A DNA stretch of 64,000 nucleotides from Bugula neritina (taxonomy: Eukaryota > Animalia > Bryozoa): assembly GCA_964035545.1 (NCBI GenBank), contig OZ037766.1:18625081-18689080 (forward strand), given 5' to 3'. Below are positions 14,001 through 27,390 of the stretch, in pieces. Under the pieces are notes generated by a model. That model was not told the origin of the DNA. It made no database searches and saw only the letters and a program-made list of their open reading frames with translations. The position numbers were made by a program, and so were the translations under genes. The stretch's first letter is position 1; every line of letters begins with the position of its first letter.

Positions 14001-17000
14001 TTCAGTATGTTACAGTGTATTTCAGTATGTTGCAGTATTTTGCAATATATATCAGTATGTTACAGTGTAATTCAGTATGTTGCAGTATATTTCAGTATGT
14101 TACAATAAATTTCAGTATGTTACAGTATATTTCCGTAAATCACACTATACTTCAGTGAGTTGTAGTATATTTCAGTATCTTGCAGTATATTTCAGTATGT
14201 TACAGTATATTTTAGTTTGTTACAGTAAATTTCAGTATGTTACAGTGCATTTGCAGATATTACACTATACTTCAGTGAGTTTTAGTGTCTTTCATTATGT
14301 TGCAGTATATTTCAGTATGTTGCAGTATTTTGCAATACATTTCATTATGTTACAGTGTATTTCAGTATGTTGCAGTATATTTCAGTTTGATACAATAAAT
14401 TTCAGTATGTTACAGTACATTTCCGTAAATTACACTATACTTCAGTGAGTTAAAGTATATTTCAGTATCTTGCAGTATATCTCAGAATGTTACAGTATAT
14501 TTCAGTATGTTGCAGTATATTTCAGCGTGTTTGAGTATATTTCAGTATGACACAGTGCATTTCCAGATATTACGCTATACTTCAGTGAGTTTTAGTGTCT
14601 TTCAGTGTGTTGCAGTATATTTCGGTATTTTGCAACATATTTCAATATGTTGCAATGTATTTCAATATGTTACAGTGTATTTCAGTATGTTGCAGTATGT
14701 TGCAATGTATTTCAGTATGTTACAGTGTATTTCAGTAGGTTTCAGTATCTTGCAGTATATTTCAGCATGTTGCAGTATATTTCAGGATGTTGCAGTATAT
14801 TTCAGTATGTTACAGTGTTTTGCAGTATTTTGCAGTATATTTCACTGTGTTAAAGTATATTTCATTATGTTGCAGTATGTTGCAGTATATTTCAGTAGTT
14901 TGCAACATATTTCAGTAGGTTACCATATATTTCGGTATGTTGCAGCATATTTCAATGTGTTGCAGTGTATTTCAATATGTTACAGTGTATTTCAGTATGT
15001 TGCTGTATGTTGCACTGTATTTCTGTATGTTACGGTGTAGTTCAGTATGTTGCAGTATATTTCAGTATGTTACAGTATGTTTCAGTATGTTGCAGTGTAT
15101 TTCCGTGGGTTATAGTATATTCAAGTATGATACAGCATATTTCAGTATGTTACAGTGTATTTCAGTATGTTGCAGTATTTTGCAACGCATTTCAGTATGT
15201 TACAGTGTATTTCAGTATGTTGCAGTATATTTCAGTATTTTACAATAAATTTCAGTATATTACAGTACATTTCCGTAAATTACGCCATACTTCAGTGAGT
15301 TGTAGTATATTTCAGTATCATGCAGTATATCTCAGTATGTTACAGTATATTTCAGTATGTTACAGTATGTTTCAGTGTGTTACAGTATGTTGCAGAATAT
15401 TTCAGTAGTTTGCAACATATTTCAGTAGGTTACCATATATTTCGGTATGTTGCAGCATATTTCAATGTGTTGCAGTGTATTTCAATATGTTACAGTGTAT
15501 TTCAGTATGTTGCAGTATGTTGCAGTATGATGCAGCATGTTGCAGTGTATCTCTTTATGTTTCAGTGTATTTCTGTATGTTACAGTGTATTTCAGTATGT
15601 TGCAGTATATTTCAGTATGTTACAGTATGTTTCAGTATGTTGCAGTATATTTCAGTGGGTTATAGTATATTTCAGTATGATACAGCATATTTCAGTATGT
15701 TACAGTGTATTTCAGTATGTTGCAGTATTTTGCAATATATTTCAGTATGTTACAGCGTATTTCAGTATGTTGCAGTATATTTCAGTATGTTACAATAAAT
15801 TTCAGTATGTTACAGTACATTGCCGTAAATGACACTATACTTCAGTGAGTTGTAGTATATTTCAGTATCTAGCAGTATATCTCAGTATGTTACTGTATAT
15901 TTCAGTATGTTACAGTATATTTTAGTTTGTTACAGTAAATTTCAGTATGTTACAGTGCATTTGCAGATATTACACTATACTTCAGTGAGTTTTAGTGTCT
16001 TTCATTATGTTGCAGTATATTTCAGTATGTTGCAGTATTTTGCAATACATTTTATTATGTTACAGTGTATTTCAGTATGTTGCAGTATATTTCAGTTTGA
16101 TACAATAAATTTCAGTATGTTACAGTACATTTCCGTAAATTACACTATACTTCAGTGAGTTGTAGTATATTTCAGTATCTTGCAGTATATCTCAGTATGT
16201 TACAGTATATTTCAGTATGTTGCAGTATATTTCAGCGTGTTTGAGTATATTTCAGTATGACACAGTGCATTTCCAGATATTACGCTATACTTCAGTGAGT
16301 TTTAGTGTCTTTCAGTATGTTGCAGTATATTTCGGTATTTTGCAACATATTTCAATATGTTGCAATGTATTTCAATATGTTACAGTGTATTTCAGTATGT
16401 TGCAGTATGTTGCAATGTATTTCAGTATGTTACAGTGTATTTCAGTAGGTTTCAGTATCTTGCAGTATATTTCAGCATGTTGCAGTATATCTCAGGATGT
16501 TGCAGTATATTTCAGTATGTTACAGTGTTTTGCAGTATTTTGCAGTATATTTCAGTGTGTTACAGTATATTTTATTATGTTGCAGTATGTTGCAGTATAT
16601 TTCAGTAGTTTGCAACATATTTCAGTAGGTTACCATATATTTCGGTATGTTGCAGCATATGTCAATGTGTTGCAGTGTATTTCAATATGTTACAGTGTAT
16701 TTCAGTATGTTGCAGTATGTTGCAGTATGATGCAGCATGTTGCAGTGTATTTCTGTATGTTACAGTGTAATTCGGAATGTTGCAGTATATTTCAGTATGT
16801 TACAGTATGTTTCAGTATGTTGCAGTATATTTCAGTGGGTTATAGTATATTTCAGTATGATACAGCGTATTTCAGTATGTTACAGTGTATTTCAGTATGT
16901 TGCAGTATTTTGCAATATATTTCAGTATGTTACAGCGTATTTCAGTATGTTGCAGTATATTTCAGTATGTTACATTAAATTTCAGTATGTTACAGTACAT

Positions 17001-20000
17001 TGCCGTAAATTACACTATACTTCAGTGAGTTGTAGTATATTTCAGTATCTTGCAGTATATCTCAGTATGTTACCGTATATTTCAGTATGTTACAGTATAT
17101 TTCAGTGTGTTACAGTAAATTTCAGTATGTTACAGTGTATTTCAGTATGTTGCAGTATTTTGCAATATATATCAGTATGTTACAGTGTATTTCAGTATGT
17201 TGCAGTATATTTCAGTATGTTACAATAAATTTCAGTATGTTACAGTATATTTCCGTAAATCACACTATACTTCAGTGAGTTGTAGTATATTTCAGTATCT
17301 TGCAGTATATCTCAGTATGTTACAGTATATTTCAGTACGTTACAGTATATTTTAGTTTGTTACAGTAAATTTCAGTATGTTACAGTGCATTTGCAGATAT
17401 TACACTATACTTCAGTGAGTTTTAGTGTCTTTCATTATGTTGCAGTATATTTCGGTATGTTGCAGTATTTTGCAATACATTTTATTATGTTACAGTGTAT
17501 TTCAGTATGTTGCAGTATATTTCAGTTTGATACAATAAATTTCAGTATGTTACAGTACATTTCCGTAAATTACACTATACTTCAGTGAGTTGTAGTATAT
17601 TTCAGTATCTTGCAGTATATCTCAGAATGTTACAGTATATTTCAGTATGTTGCAGTATATTTCAGCGTGTTTGAGTATATTTCAGTATGACACAGTGCAT
17701 TTCCAGATATTACGCTATACTTCAGTGAGTTTTAGTGTCTTTCAGTATGTTGCAGTATATTTCGGTATTTTGCAACATATTTCAATATGTTGCAATGTAT
17801 TTCAATATGTTACAGTGTATTTCAGTATGTTGCAGTATGTTGCAATGTATTTCAGTATGTTACAGTGTATTTCAGTAGGTTTCAGTATCTTGCAGTATAT
17901 TTCAGCATGTTGCAGTATATTTCAGGATGTTGCAGTATATTTCAGTATGTTACAGTGTTTTGCAGTATTTTGCAGTATATTTCAGTGTGTTACAGTATAT
18001 TTCATTATGTTGCAGTATGTTGCAGTATATTTCAGTAGTTTGCAACATATTTCAGTAGGTTACCATATATTTCGGTATGTTGAAGCATATTTCAATGTGT
18101 TGCATTGTATTTCAATATGTTACAGTGTATTTCAGTATGTTGCTGTATGTTGCAGTGTATTTCTGTATGTTACGGTGTAGTTCAGTATGTTGCAGTATAT
18201 TTCAGTATGTTACAGTATGTTTCAGTATGTTGCAGTGTATTTCTGTGGGTTATAGTATATTCAAGTATGATACAGCATATTTCAGTATGTTACAGTGTAT
18301 TTCAGTATGTTGCAGTATTTTGCAACGCATTTCAGTATGTTACAGTGTATTTCAGTATGTTGCAGTATATTTCAGTATGTTACAATAAATTTCAGTATAT
18401 TACAGTACATTTCCGTAAATTACGCTATACTTCAGTGAGTTGTAGTATATTTCAGTATCATGCAGTATATCTCAGTATGTTACAGTATATTTCAGTATGT
18501 TACAGTATGTTTCAGTGTGTTACAGTATGTTGCAGTATATTTCAGTAGTTTGCAACATATTTCAGTAGGTCACCATATATTTCGGTATGTTGCAGCATAT
18601 TTCAATGTGTTGCAGTGTATTTCAATATGTTACAGTGTATTTCAGTATGTTGCAGTATGTTGCAGTATGATGCAGCATGTTGCAGTGTATTTCTTTATGT
18701 TACAGTGTAATTCGGAATGTTGCAGTATATTTCAGTATGTTACAGTATGTTTCAGTATGTTGCAGTATATTTCAGTGGGTTATAGTATATTTCAGTATGA
18801 TACAGCGTATTTCAGTATGTTACAGTGTATTTCAGTATGTTGCAGTATTTTGCAAAATATTTCAGTATGTTACAGCGTATTTCAGTATGTTGCAGTATTT
18901 TGCAATATATATCAGTATGTTACAGTGTATTTCAGTATGTTGCAGTATATTTCAGTATGTTACAATAAATTTCAGTGAGTTGTAGTACATTTCAGTATCT
19001 TGCAGTATATCTCAGTATGTTACTGTATATTTCAGTATCTTGCAGCATATCTCAATATGTTACTGTATATTTCAGTATGTTACAGTATATTTCAGTGTGT
19101 TACAGTAAATTTCAGTATGTTACAGTGCATTTGCAGATATTACGCTATACTTTAGTGAGTTTTAGTGTCTTTCAGTATGTTGCAGTATATTTCAGTATGT
19201 TGCAGTATTTTGCAATATATATCAGTATGTTACAGTGTATTTCAGTATGTTGCAGTATATTTCAGTATGTTACAATAAATTTCAGTATGTTACAGTATAT
19301 TTCCGTAAATTACTCTATACTTCAGTGAGTTGTAGTATATTTCAGTATCTTGCAGTATATCTCAGTATGTTACAGTATATTTCAGTATGTTACAGTATAT
19401 TTCAGTTTGTTACAGTAAATTTCAGTATGTTACAGTGCATTTGCAGATATTACACTATACTTCAGTGAGTTTTAGTGTCTTTCAGTATGTTGCAGTATAT
19501 TTCGGTATCTTGCAACTTATTTCAATGTGTTGCAATGTAATTCAATATGTTACAGTGTATTTCAGTATGTTACAGTGTATTTCAGTATGTTGCAGTATTT
19601 TGCAATATATATCAGTATGTTACAGTGTATTTCAGTATGTTGCAGTATATTTCAGTATGTTACAATAAATTTCAGTATGTTACAGTATATTTCCGTAAAT
19701 TACACTATACTTCAGTGAGTTGTAGTATATTTCAGTATCTTGCAGTATATCTCAGTATGTTACAGTATATTTCAGTATGTTACAGTATATTTCAGTTTGT
19801 TACAGTAAATTTCAGTATGTTACAGTGCATTTGCAGATATTACACTATACTTCAGTGAGTTTTAGTGTCTTTCATTATGTTGCAGTATATTTCAGTATGT
19901 TGCAGTATTTTGCAATACATTTTATTATGTTACAGTGTATTTCAGTATGTTGCAGTATATTTCAGTTTGATACAATAAATTTCAGTATGTTACAGTACAT

Positions 20001-21723
20001 TTCCGTAAATTACACTATACTTCAGTGAGTTGTAGTATATTTCAGTATCTTGCAGTATATCTCAGTATGTTACAGTATATTTCAGTATGTTGCAGTATAT
20101 TTCAGCGTGTTTGAGTATATTTCAGTATGACACAGTGCATTTCCAGATATTACGCTATACTTCAGTGAGTTTTAGTCTCTTTCAGTAGGTTGCAGTATAT
20201 TTCGGTATTTTGCAACATATTTCAATATGTTGCAATGTATTTCAATATGTTACAGTGTATTTCAGTATGTTGCAGTATGTTGCAATGTATTTCAGTATGT
20301 TACAGTGTATTTCAGTAGGTTTCAGTATCTTGCAGTATATTTCAGCATGTTGCAGTATATTTCAGGATGTTGCAGTATATTTCAGTATATTACAGTGTTT
20401 TGCAGTATTTTGCAGTATATTTCAGTGTGTTACAGTATATTTCATTATGTTGCAGTATGTTGCAGTATATTTCAGTAGTTTGCAACATATTTCAGTAGGT
20501 TACCATATATTTCGGTATGTTGCAGCATATTTCAATGTGTTGCAGTGTATTTCAATATGTTACAGTGTATTTCAGTATGTTGCTGTATGTTGCAGTGTAT
20601 TTCTGTATGTTACGGTGTAGTTCAGTATGTTGCAGTATATTTCAGTATGTTACAGTATGTTTCAGTATGTTGCAGTGTATTTCCGTGGGTTATAGTATAT
20701 TCAAGTATGATACAGCATATTTCAGTATGTTACAGTGTATTTCAGTATGTTGCAGTATTTTGCAACGCATTTCAGTATGTTACAGTGTATTTCAGTATGT
20801 TGCAGTATATTTCAGTATGTTACAATAAATTTCAGTATATTACAGTACATTTCCGTAAATTACGCTATACTTCAGTGAGTTGTAGTATATTTCAGTATCA
20901 TGCAGTATATCTCAGTATGTTACAGTATATTTCAGTATGTTACAGTATGTTTCAGTGTGTTACAGTATGTTGCAGTATATTTCAGTAGTTTGCAACATAT
21001 TTCAGTAGGTCACCATATATTTCGGTATGTTGCAGCATATTTCAATGTGTTGCAGTGTATTTCAATATGTTACAGTGTATTTCAGTATGTTGCAGTATGT
21101 TGCAGTATGATGCAGCATGTTGCAGTGTATTTCTTTATGTTACAGTGTAATTCGGAATGTTGCAGTATATTTCAGTATGTTACAGTATGTTTCAGTATGT
21201 TGCAGTATATTTCAGTGGGTTATAGTATATTTCAGTATGATACAGCGTATTTCAGTATGTTACAGTGTATTTCAGTATGTTGCAGTATTTTGCAATATAT
21301 TTCAGTATGTTACAGCGTATTTCAGTATGTTGCAGTATATTTCAGTATGTTACAATAAATTTCAGTATGTTACAGTACATTGCCGTAAATGACACTATAC
21401 TTCAGTGAGTTGTAGTATATTTCAGTATCTTGCAGTATATCTCAGTATGTTACTGTATATTTCAGTATGTTACAGTATATTTTAGTTTGTTACAGTAAAT
21501 TTCAGTATGTTACAGTGCATTTGCAGATATTACACTATACTTCAGTGAGTTTTAGTGTCTTTCATTATGTTGCAGTATATTTCAGTATGTTGCAGTATTT
21601 TGCAATACATTTTATTATGTTACAGTGTATTTCAGTATGTTGCAGTATATTTCAGTTTGATACAATAAATTTCAGTATGTTACAGTACATTTCCGTAAAT
21701 TACACTATACTTCAGTGAGTTGT
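3901..21723. repeat. Higher-order tandem duplication, period 8810 bp (2 copies)
   Basis: ORF pairs from 4157/12967 to 12657/21467. Private variants recur at +8810: agcagtatat 7061/15871, gtcaatgtgt 7851/16661, tacattaaat 8161/16971, ttcagtacgt 8521/17331. Boundaries are approximate. Confidence 0.92.
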
Positions 21724-24700
21724 GGTATATTTCAGTATCTTGCAGTATATCTCAGTATGTTACAGTATATTTCAGTATGTTGCAGTATATTTCAGCGTGT
21801 TTGAGTATATTTCAGTATGACACAGTGCATTTCCAGATGTTACGCTATACTTCAGTGAGTTTTAGTGTCTTTCAGTATGTTGCAGTATATTTCGGTATTT
21901 TGCAACATATTTCAATATGTTGCAATGTATTTCAATATGTTACAGTGTATTTCAGTATGTTGCAGTATGTTGCAATGTATTTCAGTATGTTACAGTGTAT
22001 TTCAGTAGGTTTCAGTATCTTGCAGTATATTTCAGCATGTTGCAGTATATCTCAGGATGTTGCAGTATATTTCAGTATGTTACAGTGTTTTGCAGTATTT
22101 TGCAGTATATTTCAGTGTGTTACAGTATATTTCATTATGTTGCAGTATGTTGCAGTATATTTCAGTAGTTTGCAACATATTTCAGTAGGTTACCATATAT
22201 TTCGGTATGTTGCAGCATATTTCAATGTGTTGCAGTGTATTTCAATATGTTACAGTGTATTTCAGTATGTTGCAGTATGTTGCAGTATGATGCAGCATGT
22301 TGCAGTGTATTTCTGTATGTTACAGTGTAATTCGGAATGTTGCAGTATATTTCAGTATGTTACAGTATGTTTCAGTATGTTGCAGTATATTTCAGTGGGT
22401 TATAGTATATTTCAGTATGATACAGCGTATTTCAGTATGTTACAGTGTATTTCAGTATGTTGCAGTATTTTGCAATATATTTCAGTATGTTACAGCGTAT
22501 TTCAGTATGTTGCAGTATATTTCAGTATGTTACAATAAATTTCAGTATCTTACAGTACATTGCCGTAAATTACACTATACTTCAGTGAGTTGTAGTATAT
22601 TTCAGTATCTTGCAGTATATCTCAGTATGTTACTGTATATTTCAGTATGTTACAGTATATTTCAGTGTGTTACAGTAAATTTCAGTATGTTACGGTGCAT
22701 TTGCAGATACTACACTATACTTTAGTGAGTTTTAGTGTCTTTCAGTATGTTGCAGTATATTTCAGTATGTTGCAGTATTTTGCAATATGTATCAGTATGT
22801 TACAGTGTATTTCAGTATGTTGCGGTATATTTCAGTATGTTACAATAAATTTCAGTATGTTACAGTATATTTCCGTAAATTACTCTATACTTCAGTGAGT
22901 TGTAGTATATTTCAGTATCTTGCAGTATATCTCAGTATGTTACAGTATATTTCAGTATGTTACAGTATATTTCAGTTTGTTACAGTAAATTTCAGTATGT
23001 TACAGTGCATTTGCAGATATTACACTATACTTCAGTGAGTTTTAGTGTCTTTCAGTATGTTGCAGTATATTTCGGTATCTTGCAACTTATTTCAATGTGT
23101 TGCAATGTAATTCAATATGTTACAGTGTATTTCAGTATGTTACAGTGTATTTCAGTATGTTGCAGCATTTTGCAATATATATCAGTATGTTACAGTGTAT
23201 TTCAGTATGTTGCAGTATATTTCAGTATGTTACAATAAATTTCAGTATGTTACAGTATATTTCAGTAAATTACACTATACTTCAGTGAGTTGTAGTATAT
23301 TTCAGTATCTTGCAGTATATCTCAGTATGTTACAGTATATTTCAGTATGTTACAGTATATTTCAGTTTGTTACAGTAAATTTCAGTATGTTACAGTGCAT
23401 TTGCAGATATTACACTATACTTCAGTGAGTTTTAGTGTCTTTCAGTATGTTGCAGTATATTTCGGTATCTTGCAACTTATTTCAATGTGTTGCAATGTAA
23501 TTCAATATGTTACAGTGTATTTCAGTATGTTACAGTGTATTTCAGTATGTTGCAGTATTTTGCAATATATATCAGTATGTTACAGTGTATTTCAGTATGT
23601 TGCAGTATATTTCAGTATGTTACAATAAATTTCAGTATGTTACAGTATATTTCCGTAAATTACACTATACTTCAGTGAGTTGTAGTATATTTCAGTATCT
23701 TGCAGTATATCTCAGTATGTTACAGTATATTTCAGTATGTTACAGTATATTTCAGTTTGTTACAGTAAATTTCAGTATGTTACAGTGCATTTGCAGATAT
23801 TACACTATACTTCAGTGAGTTTTAGTGTCTTTCATTATGTTGCAGTATATTTCAGTATGTTGCAGTATTTTGCAATACATTTTATTATGTTACAGTGTAT
23901 TTCAGTATGTTGCAGTATATTTCAGTTTGATACAATAAATTTCAGTATGTTACAGTACATTTCCGTAAATTACACTATACTTCAGTGAGTTGTAGTATAT
24001 TTCAGTATCTTGCAGTATATCTCAGTATGTTACAGTATATTTCAGTATGTTGCAGTATATTTCAGCGTGTTTGAGTATATTTCAGTATGACACAGTGCAT
24101 TTCCAGATATTACGCTATACTTCAGTGAGTTTTAGTCTCTTTCAGTAGGTTGCAGTATATTTCGGTATTTTGCAACATATTTCAATATGTTGCAATGTAT
24201 TTCAATATGTTACAGTGTATTTCAGTATGTTGCAGTATGTTGCAATGTATTTCAGTATGTTACAGTGTATTTCAGTAGGTTTCAGTATCTTGCAGTATAT
24301 TTCAGCATGTTGCAGTATATTTCAGGATGTTGCAGTATATTTCAGTATATTACAGTGTTTTGCAGTATTTTGCAGTATATTTCAGTGTGTTACAGTATAT
24401 TTCATTATGTTGCAGTATGTTGCAGTATATTTCAGTAGTTTGCAACATATTTCAGTAGGTTACCATATATTTCGGTATGTTGCAGCATATTTCAATGTGT
24501 TGCAGTGTATTTCAATATGTTACAGTGTATTTCAGTATGTTGCTGTATGTTGCAGTGTATTTCTGTATGTTACGGTGTAGTTCAGTATGTTGCAGTATAT
24601 TTCAGTATGTTACAGTATGTTTCAGTATGTTGCAGTGTATTTCCGTGGGTTATAGTATATTCAAGTATGATACAGCATATTTCAGTATGTTACAGTGTAT

Positions 24701-27390
24701 TTCAGTATGTTGCAGTATTTTGCAACGCATTTCAGTATGTTACAGTGTATTTCAGTATGTTGCAGTATATTTCAGTATGTTACAATAAATTTCAGTATAT
24801 TACAGTACATTTCCGTAAATTACGCTATACTTCAGTGAGTTGTAGTATATTTCAGTATCATGCAGTATATCTCAGTATGTTACAGTATATTTCAGTATGT
24901 TACAGTATGTTTCAGTGTGTTACAGTATGTTGCAGTATATTTCAGTAGTTTGCAACATATTTCAGTAGGTCACCATATATTTCGGTATGTTGCAGCATAT
25001 TTCAATGTGTTGCAGTGTATTTCAATATGTTACAGTGTATTTCAGTATGTTGCAGTATGTTGCAGTATGATGCAGCATGTTGCAGTGTATTTCTTTATGT
25101 TACAGTGTAATTCGGAATGTTGCAGTATATTTCAGTATGTTACAGTATGTTTCAGTATGTTGCAGTATATTTCAGTGGGTTATAGTATATTTCAGTATGA
25201 TACAGCGTATTTCAGTATGTTACAGTGTATTTCAGTATGTTGCAGTATTTTGCAATATATTTCAGTATGTTACAGCGTATTTCAGTATGTTGCAGTATAT
25301 TTCAGTATGTTACAATAAATTTCAGTATGTTACAGTACATTGCCGTAAATGACACTATACTTCAGTGAGTTGTAGTATATTTCAGTATCTTGCAGTATAT
25401 CTCAGTATGTTACTGTATATTTCAGTATGTTACAGTATATTTTAGTTTGTTACAGTAAATTTCAGTATGTTACAGTGCATTTGCAGATATTACACTATAC
25501 TTCAGTGAGTTTTAGTGTCTTTCATTATGTTGCAGTATATTTCAGTATGTTGCAGTATTTTGCAATACATTTTATTATGTTACAGTGTATTTCAGTATGT
25601 TGCAGTATATTTCAGTTTGATACAATAAATTTCAGTATGTTACAGTACATTTCCGTAAATTACACTATACTTCAGTGAGTTGTGGTATATTTCAGTATCT
25701 TGCAGTATATCTCAGTATGTTACAGTATATTTCAGTATGTTGCAGTATATTTCAGCGTGTTTGAGTATATTTCAGTATGACACAGTGCATTTCCAGATGT
25801 TACGCTATACTTCAGTGAGTTTTAGTGTCTTTCAGTATGTTGCAGTATATTTCGGTATTTTGCAACATATTTCAATATGTTGCAATGTATTTCAATATGT
25901 TACAGTGTATTTCAGTATGTTGCAGTATGTTGCAATGTATTTCAGTATGTTACAGTGTATTTCAGTAGGTTTCAGTATCTTGCAGTATATTTCAGCATGT
26001 TGCAGTATATCTCAGGATGTTGCAGTATATTTCAGTATGTTACAGTGTTTTGCAGTATTTTGCAGTATATTTCAGTGTGTTACAGTATATTTCATTATGT
26101 TGCAGTATGTTGCAGTATATTTCAGTAGTTTGCAACATATTTCAGTAGGTTACCATATATTTCGGTATGTTGCAGCATATTTCAATGTGTTGCAGTGTAT
26201 TTCAATATGTTACAGTGTATTTCAGTATGTTGCAGTATGTTGCAGTATGATGCAGCATGTTGCAGTGTATTTCTGTATGTTACAGTGTAATTCGGAATGT
26301 TGCAGTATATTTCAGTATGTTACAGTATGTTTCAGTATGTTGCAGTATATTTCAGTGGGTTATAGTATATTTCAGTATGATACAGCGTATTTCAGTATGT
26401 TACAGTGTATTTCAGTATGTTGCAGTATTTTGCAATATATTTCAGTATGTTACAGCGTATTTCAGTATGTTGCAGTATATTTCAGTATGTTACAATAAAT
26501 TTCAGTATCTTACAGTACATTGCCGTAAATTACACTATACTTCAGTGAGTTGTAGTATATTTCAGTATCTTGCAGTATATCTCAGTATGTTACTGTATAT
26601 TTCAGTATGTTACAGTATATTTCAGTGTGTTACAGTAAATTTCAGTATGTTACGGTGCATTTGCAGATACTACACTATACTTTAGTGAGTTTTAGTGTCT
26701 TTCAGTATGTTGCAGTATATTTCAGTATGTTGCAGTATTTTGCAATATGTATTAGTATGTTACAGTGTATTTCAGTATGTTGCGGTATATTTCAGTATGT
26801 TACAATAAATTTCAGTATGTTACAGTATATTTCCGTAAATTACTCTATACTTCAGTGAGTTGTAGTATATTTCAGTATCTTGCAGTATATCTCAGTATGT
26901 TACAGTATATTTCAGTATGTTACAGTATATTTCAGTTTGTTACAGTAAATTTCAGTATGTTACAGTGCATTTGCAGATATTACACTATACTTCAGTGAGT
27001 TTTAGTGTCTTTCAGTATGTTGCAGTATATTTCGGTATCTTGCAACTTATTTCAATGTGTTGCAATGTAATTCAATATGTTACAGTGTATTTCAGTATGT
27101 TACAGTGTATTTCAGTATGTTGCAGCATTTTGCAATATATATCAGTATGTTACAGTGTATTTCAGTATGTTGCAGTATATTTCAGTATGTTACAATAAAT
27201 TTCAGTATGTTACAGTATATTTCAGTAAATTACACTATACTTCAGTGAGTTGTAGTATATTTCAGTATCTTGCAGTATATCTCAGTATGTTACAGTATAT
27301 TTCAGTATGTTACAGTATATTTCAGTTTGTTACAGTAAATTTCAGTATGTTACAGTGCATTTGCAGATATTACACTATACTTCAGTGAGT
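19320..27390. repeat. Higher-order tandem duplication, period 3960 bp
   Basis: ORF pairs 19387/23347, 20210/24170, 21720/25680, 23117/27077. Markers tgtggtatat 21721/25681 and ttgcagatac 22701/26661. Boundaries are approximate. Confidence 0.88.
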
